The notes beneath the pieces are model-generated. The model had not been told where the DNA came from. It did not search any database and saw only the letters and a list, made by a program, of their open reading frames with translations. The position numbers and the translations under genes are program-made. Source: Candidatus Hydrogenedentota bacterium (GTDB taxonomy: Bacteria > Hydrogenedentota > Hydrogenedentia > Hydrogenedentales > SLHB01). From it: a stretch of DNA of 64,000 bases. Shown one piece after another: positions 57,659 through 64,000 of this stretch (position 1 is its first letter; each line of letters opens with the position of its first letter). The stretch is from positions 1,088,001 through 1,152,000 of the forward strand of contig CAXXTH010000017.1 in NCBI GenBank assembly GCA_963668025.2. The letters run 5' to 3'.

Positions 57659-58996
57659 TCATTTTTTGTACCTGTAACTATTACAAAGAACCTCGCATGC
57701 CAAGTTATTCCACTTTATTATGTCTTTTCTTGCATTTTGGCTTGTCAATTGAAGCTCCTCGAACTCCCTCTTTTGACAGTGATAATAGCGTCTGTAGTTT
57801 GCGCCAAGACCCTTAAATGGCACTGGAAACATATTGATCTCACGAATATTAGATGATTTCTGTTCTTTAAGCCATCCAGATGGTGTTGGAAAAAGGCGGT
57901 CATAAAACGTGAATGCTTTACCCAATTGCGAAATAGGAATTCCCGTTTTCTGACTCAATAATAAAAACTCCTGTTCTTCATAGTCTTTGAGGATAAACCC
58001 CCCGAAAACCCAAAGAAACCATTGCCAGAAGATGGGATAAAGATGGAAATATGGTTCTTGCTGTATTTCAGGAATCACTGAGACAAAACTTTCGGGTAAT
58101 AACTTTTCGAAGGGAATCTGGATGCCTTCTTCATCAACAATTCCTCCTATTTTGTCAAACTCATCAGCCTTGTTATATAGGCAATAATCTACCGCTGCCT
58201 TTAGTATTGCGAGGCGAGCTCTGTGTTCCACATACATCGAGATTTGCAGATCTGTATACTTGGCCTCAAAAAAAGTCTTCTTGTATGATTCCTCGGTACA
58301 AATGCTATATTCCTCATCGAAACTCTCGCCATTCCCTTCATGTGAGACTTTTGCCGTTATATGGGGATTTCTGCGAAAAGCAGTATATAGTCTGTCGGCC
58401 TTATCTGTGATTGATGGACAGAAAAATGTACCGTTGTTTACTTCATATAGATATTTATCCAAAGCGACATGTCTTTTGGCAGCCTTATCCCTTTTCTTTC
58501 TCTGTTTAAGCTCTTCAATCAGTGCCTGTTCAAGCCAATATGAATAGCGCCACGTGGCAATATCCCGCGGATCTAGTTCAGAATCTCCGAGATGTGCCTC
58601 TAAAAATTTCTGCGTCAGACTAAGATCGGAAATCGGTACTAGGTCAATACCGAGGTGCTCAGCCACTTTCTCATAAGGCATAAGCTCTTGGGGTGGCTTC
58701 ATAGTAACAAATAATCCCTTCTGGAGATTTAATAAATCCATCCAGCCACGAATTTTGAAGACCTCATTCATTCCCCAGTCGCCAGATTTTACTTCCACTA
58801 ATGTCATTTTATGAAAATCCTGACGATAGTCCGTAATATGAATATCTAACTCAAGAATTTCTGTTTGGGAAAAAGCACCTTCTTTCCGAAGTATAAGGCT
58901 TCTGTCCACATAGAAACCTGCGCTGTTAAAATATGCGGCAATGTATTCCTCAAACTCTTTTCCTTCTGGTATCTCTGGAAGAGTAATGGAAGGCAT
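57659..58996 (-). CDS. Hypothetical protein with an N-terminal PD-(D/E)XK endonuclease-like domain
   Basis: FEEYIAAYF...ELDI...LVEVKSG; AGGAG RBS; AT-rich DNA. Confidence 0.7.
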   Translation of the reverse strand: MPSITLPEIPEGKEFEEYIAAYFNSAGFYVDRSLILRKEGAFSQTEILELDIHITDYRQDFHKMTLVEVKSGDWGMNEVFKIRGWMDLLNLQKGLFVTMKPPQELMPYEKVAEHLGIDLVPISDLSLTQKFLEAHLGDSELDPRDIATWRYSYWLEQALIEELKQRKKRDKAAKRHVALDKYLYEVNNGTFFCPSITDKADRLYTAFRRNPHITAKVSHEGNGESFDEEYSICTEESYKKTFFEAKYTDLQISMYVEHRARLAILKAAVDYCLYNKADEFDKIGGIVDEEGIQIPFEKLLPESFVSVIPEIQQEPYFHLYPIFWQWFLWVFGGFILKDYEEQEFLLLSQKTGIPISQLGKAFTFYDRLFPTPSGWLKEQKSSNIREINMFPVPFKGLGANYRRYYHCQKREFEELQLTSQNARKDIIKWNNLACEVLCNSYRYKK

Positions 58997-59237
58997 GGCT
59001 GCATATCTCCTTTTGGGAAATCATATAGGGACAGATTATGCTCTACTGCGCCAAGTATAAGATACTGCTACCATAGCAGTTTACGCGCAACTACATATAG
59101 TAGGTCGTTCTGATAAATTAGAGCGAAGCACACGGTTCAGTGTGGAAGGATTCATGGTACACGCCATAATACGCAAACTCCTAGCTTCAAAGCTAATATA
59201 TGTCAAAGCTAATATATAATAAAACCACACAACAACA

Positions 59238-61619
59238 TTATTCCAGCCCCCGCGTGAAGTTCATCATGGTTTCCTGCTGGGGCTCATAACCGGCCTTTGC
59301 TTCTAGTATGTTTCGCATACGTTTGATTCCATCCGTAAAGGATAAATCATACAAGAGGCCGCCCAAGCCGCGTTGGGCATAGTCACCCGCCAGGTGGCGC
59401 AAGGAGAGAGGGCGCACAGGCATGACATGCAGGAGCTCGCCTTGGCGCTCCATGCGGAGCTGTTCGCCCGGCTCCGTTAAGCGCAGCCGCATAATGCCCG
59501 CAGGGCCTGGCGCGCGGGATTGGAACAGCGGGATGGGGCCATAGACGGTGAGGGCAAGCCGGCTGGCTGTTCCAAGGGCGAGCAATTCATCCAGGTTTTC
59601 CGCATCGCCTTCCATGGCATAAGAGGCCATGGATGCGCCCATTTCCATGAGTTGTTCCAGGCAGGCGCGGTTGAGGCATCCGATGGCTGGGGACACGAGC
59701 ATAAACAGCCGTTTGCGGCCCGTGGCGTGAAGCATATGAAAATGGGATAGATTCGAGACTTCAAAGCGGCGCACGCCCAGATCGAGCGCGCGTTTGAGCC
59801 AAGCCGCTTCCTGTTTCCGCGCTTCCGTCCGGAACGAAAACGTGGGCAGGGCGAGCAGGAGGGTGTCGCGCATGCCGGGACGCAGCAAAAACCGCTGGAA
59901 TTCGGGATGGCCCACGGCATCTAGGGGCAGAATGGCGGCAAAAGGCGGGGCGGTTTCTTCTTGTGTATCAAATAATGCCTTGGCCTCCTGAAGGCCCAGG
60001 AAGCGTACGAAGCGTTCCGTATACGCTTCGGCTGGGGCGGCAGGCAAAGGCCTGGATATCTCCTCTTGAATCTCCGAAAACTGCGCATCCAAGCGCTCGA
60101 TTATGTTGCATATCACGCTGGTTCGCAGCGCCTCCACTTCCTCGACAGTCATAGGCAAATCATCGGTGTCTGCATCGGCGGCCGCTTCGATGCGTATCGG
60201 ATACGCTTCATCCTCCATGCTCAGGAGCCGGACGGCTTCGGCTGGGGAAAGAGAGGATTCCCATGAAGCGGCATGCTTGATGGAAAGGGGTGCGCCGCCT
60301 GCTTCCACATGAATGAGCACCTCGCCACGCGGGTTCAATTCGAGCCGCGCGGGAAACACGGCGCGCGATGGGCGTACGATTTCCGCCTGCCACCGTTCGA
60401 AGCGCTTTGTCGCGCCGCGCTCGACGGCATCCGCGTCAGCGGCTTTGACGATAATGGAACCGGCTGGGACGTGAAAGGGCGCTTCCAGTTCAATGCGGCG
60501 GCCCGGGCGGCAGCGTTTGACCGTACGGCCATCAATATAGATATTGCGCACGACAAAGCCTTTGGGGGCTTCATCGCGAGCGGTCTGAATGCGCAGGCGG
60601 TCGCCCGCTTTCACCATGCTGCTGGGCACGAGGGCGAACCGGCCCGGGCCCGCGTATTGGGCTTCGCCCAAGGTGCGGCCCGACTGGGTTTCACCGCCGC
60701 CCAGTAAACGGCTGGGAGTTGGCGAGAGATAATAGCCCGTGCTGGGTTCCCGGCCGACGGCGACATCCAGGCGGTTCCGGGCCTCCTCAATCACTTCGCG
60801 GGTAATCCGTGGAAACGCATCTATGAGAATACGGTAGGCCTTCACGATTTGGGCGATGGTCTCGGCGGGTTTAAGGCGGCCCTCGATTTTAAATGAGCGG
60901 ATGCCCGCCGAGATAAGCTGGGCGAGAATCGGGGCGGCCTCGAGATCATGCATCGAGAAGCAGGCGGATTCTTCGCTGTTTTCCGTTTCGTATAAGCGGC
61001 GGCAAGGCTGGGAACAGCGCCCGCGATTGGCGCTTTTGCCATGGGCGTAGCTGCTGAATAGGCATTGGCCAGAAATGGAGTAGCAGAGCGCGCCGTGAAT
61101 AAAGGTTTCCAGTTCCATCGTGCAGGCGCCCCGTATGGCGCGTATCTCGTCAAGCGTGAGTTCTCGTGCGAGAATCACGCGCTCGAAGCCCATGCATTGC
61201 GCCTGTAACGCGCCATCCAGGTTGTGGATGGTCATCTGCGTCGAAGCGTGTAACGGAAGCTCGGGAGCCATGCGCCGCACCAAGCGATAAACGCCCAGAT
61301 CCTGGATAATCAGCGCATCCGGCCCCATGCGGCGCAAGTCATCAATCAGTTCGATAAGCTCCGGCAGTTCTTGCTGCTTGATGAGGGTATTGAGCGTAGT
61401 GTACACCTTGCGCCCCTTCTCGTGCGCCCAGGCGATCATGAACGGCAAGTCATCGAGCGTGAAATTCTGTGCGCGCATCCGCGCATTGAAGTTTTGCACG
61501 CCGAGATACACGGCGTCCGCCCCCGCCTCGATGGCGGCGTAGAAGGTTTCCATGCGGCCGGCGGGAGCCAGCAGCTCAGGTTTTTGCTTAGGAGCTGCAA
61601 AGGTTTTTCTGTCTAGCAT
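59238..61619 (-). CDS. Peptidase U32 family protein (RlhA-like RNA hydroxylase)
   Basis: PELLAPAG, HASTQM, ETFIHGALCYSISGQC...NRGRCSQPCR, KIEGR; long C-terminal extension. Confidence 0.88.
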   Translation of the reverse strand: MLDRKTFAAPKQKPELLAPAGRMETFYAAIEAGADAVYLGVQNFNARMRAQNFTLDDLPFMIAWAHEKGRKVYTTLNTLIKQQELPELIELIDDLRRMGPDALIIQDLGVYRLVRRMAPELPLHASTQMTIHNLDGALQAQCMGFERVILARELTLDEIRAIRGACTMELETFIHGALCYSISGQCLFSSYAHGKSANRGRCSQPCRRLYETENSEESACFSMHDLEAAPILAQLISAGIRSFKIEGRLKPAETIAQIVKAYRILIDAFPRITREVIEEARNRLDVAVGREPSTGYYLSPTPSRLLGGGETQSGRTLGEAQYAGPGRFALVPSSMVKAGDRLRIQTARDEAPKGFVVRNIYIDGRTVKRCRPGRRIELEAPFHVPAGSIIVKAADADAVERGATKRFERWQAEIVRPSRAVFPARLELNPRGEVLIHVEAGGAPLSIKHAASWESSLSPAEAVRLLSMEDEAYPIRIEAAADADTDDLPMTVEEVEALRTSVICNIIERLDAQFSEIQEEISRPLPAAPAEAYTERFVRFLGLQEAKALFDTQEETAPPFAAILPLDAVGHPEFQRFLLRPGMRDTLLLALPTFSFRTEARKQEAAWLKRALDLGVRRFEVSNLSHFHMLHATGRKRLFMLVSPAIGCLNRACLEQLMEMGASMASYAMEGDAENLDELLALGTASRLALTVYGPIPLFQSRAPGPAGIMRLRLTEPGEQLRMERQGELLHVMPVRPLSLRHLAGDYAQRGLGGLLYDLSFTDGIKRMRNILEAKAGYEPQQETMMNFTRGLE

Positions 61620-61719
61620 GTTTCAATCCATGTCCTTTTCCGCCAGTATACGGGGTGTCCGGCGCGGGCACAACATCAAGGAGTTGCGCGCCCTGGATGC
61701 GGAGAGGTATCGTGGGGGT

Positions 61720-62583
61720 ATGAGGAAACAGGACTGGATCATAATAATAGCAGTGGTGGCTTTTTTGGTCATCATTTCCGTTGTCATGAAATTCGGAAGC
61801 GTAACGGAGCGTGGCGTAATTAATACAAAACCATTTCGTGCTCAAAGCGGTAAAATGCGCGATAATGTCATGCCTATGGTGTCCAAGACGCAAGAAGAGT
61901 TTTCGGATGTTCAAGTAGAAACGCCAACAGAGAATCCCCCTGAAGAAGACGATACGGAGCAGCCGCTGAATATTACCGTGCATGAATCCGTCATTGCGGA
62001 AGCAGCCCAGTTGGCCTTGGACAATCCCATCCCGGAGGATGGCATTAACGATATAGAAAAACGGCTTGCGGAGCAGCACGACTCCGCTGAAGAATCCGAC
62101 ATGAACCAGGCTTTGGCGATGTTGCGTTTGCGCGTAATACCCGCCCAGGCCGATAAAGCGGAAGAAGCCGCCAAGAAAGCCGCGGAAACGGCCCGTACGC
62201 CAGAAGAACGCTTGCGAGCGGTGTTTGTGGAGGCTACTATCCAGCAATTCCGGGGCGACAACGAAGAAGCCCGGAAACGCATTCAAGAAGCGCTGGCGCG
62301 CGATCCCGAGACTACCCTTCCATCCCTCAAACTGCGCCTGCTCGATGCCAGCTTGGCGGCTCAAACGGGGGATGTAAATGGCGCTATGGAAGCCTGCCGC
62401 CGCGTCATGGCGCAGTCAAGCGAAGTGGCTCCAGAAGCCCAGGCTGCCGCCCGGGATAGTTACCGCTTGGCGGCGCTCAAACTGACACGCCTATTGCGCG
62501 GCCAAGGCCGGACTGTAGAAGCCGATGAGCTGGCGGAAGCGGTGAAGAAGCAGTTATCACCTTCGAATGAATCCCTGCCTTGA
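61720..62583 (+). CDS. Membrane-anchored helical (TPR-like) hypothetical protein
   Basis: N-terminal TM, acidic linker, Ala-rich helical repeats. Confidence 0.65.
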   Translation: MRKQDWIIIIAVVAFLVIISVVMKFGSVTERGVINTKPFRAQSGKMRDNVMPMVSKTQEEFSDVQVETPTENPPEEDDTEQPLNITVHESVIAEAAQLALDNPIPEDGINDIEKRLAEQHDSAEESDMNQALAMLRLRVIPAQADKAEEAAKKAAETARTPEERLRAVFVEATIQQFRGDNEEARKRIQEALARDPETTLPSLKLRLLDASLAAQTGDVNGAMEACRRVMAQSSEVAPEAQAAARDSYRLAALKLTRLLRGQGRTVEADELAEAVKKQLSPSNESLP

Positions 62584-62594
62584 TGTCCCGATGA

Positions 62595-64000
62595 TTAGGG
62601 ACTGCGCGCGGCGTTAAAATGCAACGCGCCTTCTTTGAATGTAAGCGAGATTCCTCCATCAAGGTCCGTGCGGAACACCTTGGCGCCTTGCTGTGCATAG
62701 CGGGCGGCAATAGCCGGATCGGCAGGTTCCCGGCCAGAGGTTCCACCTGAGGAAATGATGGCGCATTGGGGCGCAACCGCTTGAATGAATCCCATCGTAC
62801 TTGAGGTCCGGGAACCGTGATGGGGAACTTTAATAACGTTGGCGCGGATATCGAATGAACGGAGCGCGGATTCGGCGCGTGCCTCGATATCTCCCGTGAG
62901 CAAGACCCGGAAGCATCCCCCTGGAGCCGACGCATCTGGCCATACTAGCCGGAGCACCAGCGAAGCATCATTTATGCTATCCATGAGAGGCCAGCCAAGC
63001 GGCGGATGCAGCACTTCCATATAGGCCCCTGATAATGGGATGGTATCGCCGCGAGATAACAATTTCACGGGCGTATGTTGCTCGGCACATTGCTCAATCA
63101 ATTGCTGCACGAGTTTTGGCTGGGATTCGGCATAGCCGATAAAGACTGTTCCCACAGGAATTTGTTCCATAACGGAGAACAGCCCGCCGATGTGGTCGCG
63201 GTCGCCATGGGAAACAAAGACATAATCGAGCCTATCCACGCCGTTTGCACGTAAGAATGGAACGATATCGCGCGAACCGGCGTCCACGTATTCTGAACAG
63301 TCTCCGCCGTCCACAAGGGCTGTTGCGCCACCTGGCGTATGGATGAAGGTGGCGTCGCCATGGCCGACATCCAAAAACACCAACCCCGCCGGAGGAGCTG
63401 CTGTTATCCATGCAAGCAGATATGCGCCAGCCAGCCCGCCAGCCGCCACCCATCGTACTCGGGGCCATGGAATACGAAATGGCGGCGCTAACCCAAGAAA
63501 TACGGCCCCGTAGAAAGGAATTAGAGCCAGCCAGGAAGGGCTGGATATGCCAAAATGATTACCAGGGGTGGATGAAACGGCCGCCGCCGTATATCGGATT
63601 AACGCCACGACGGGCTCCAGCGCCTGGCCAAACAAAGAGGCCGCTGGTTCACAAACAAGCACCGTTAATGTCGCAAGCAAGGAAAGCCATAGCGCTGCGC
63701 CAAGCAAGGGGACGATAACCAAATTGGCTAAAGGAGCGAGTAGGGGAATTACATGAAACGCATGCACCGCGATGGGAAACGGAAGCACTTGCACCGCCAG
63801 TGAGGTGGCCAGCGGCTTGCGAAGGATGCCGGGCAGCACGGCCATGCGCCCTAAAGACCGTTCGGCGAAGAGCAGGATCGAGGCCACGCTCAAAAATGAA
63901 AGCTGGAAATCTGTTCCAAAAAGCGACAGCGGATTCATTAATAAAAGCGCAATGGCCGCTACGGCCAGCGCATTTGGCGTGTCGCGCTCGCGCCCAATCA
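62595..64000 (-). CDS. comEC: Competence protein ComEC/Rec2, C-terminal part (partial)
   Basis: FQLSF, FLDVGHGDA, SHGDRDHIGG, LLTGD, KVPHHGS, RTD. Start is outside the window. Confidence 0.93.
   Translation of the reverse strand, partial: IGRERDTPNALAVAAIALLLMNPLSLFGTDFQLSFLSVASILLFAERSLGRMAVLPGILRKPLATSLAVQVLPFPIAVHAFHVIPLLAPLANLVIVPLLGAALWLSLLATLTVLVCEPAASLFGQALEPVVALIRYTAAAVSSTPGNHFGISSPSWLALIPFYGAVFLGLAPPFRIPWPRVRWVAAGGLAGAYLLAWITAAPPAGLVFLDVGHGDATFIHTPGGATALVDGGDCSEYVDAGSRDIVPFLRANGVDRLDYVFVSHGDRDHIGGLFSVMEQIPVGTVFIGYAESQPKLVQQLIEQCAEQHTPVKLLSRGDTIPLSGAYMEVLHPPLGWPLMDSINDASLVLRLVWPDASAPGGCFRVLLTGDIEARAESALRSFDIRANVIKVPHHGSRTSSTMGFIQAVAPQCAIISSGGTSGREPADPAIAARYAQQGAKVFRTDLDGGISLTFKEGALHFNAARSP

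Overview
A gene-dense 64 kb segment of a GC-rich, probably diderm bacterium. Gene content (Gld-type ABC cluster, hpf-hprK-rapZ-ptsH-ptsI, MshEN-HDOD, an MP-type C-terminal sorting tail) is reminiscent of Hydrogenedentota/PVC-like lineages, but that is a low-confidence inference. Most of the window is housekeeping: acpP-fabF-rnc-hppA, ugd/uxs and glycosylation genes, PTS regulators, dxr-rseP, aspartokinase, pyk, iorAB-paaK, xerC, melA, a U32 hydroxylase and comEC. No rRNA, tRNA or CRISPR array was seen. The accessory signal is: (i) an ISKra4-family element at the left edge with a slippery -1 frameshift site; (ii) a nested transposon, with an ISKra4 element (8-bp TSD) inside a passenger ORF of an ISAs1 element; (iii) a dispersed set of inverted-repeat elements with arms built from ~9-nt periodic units, which bracket AT-rich spacers, punctuate a cassette-like gene array at 37.2-40.9 kb and appear to enclose a low-GC cargo gene; (iv) a solitary low-GC PD-(D/E)XK nuclease gene. 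All calls come from reading the sequence and motifs by eye; no database searches were run.
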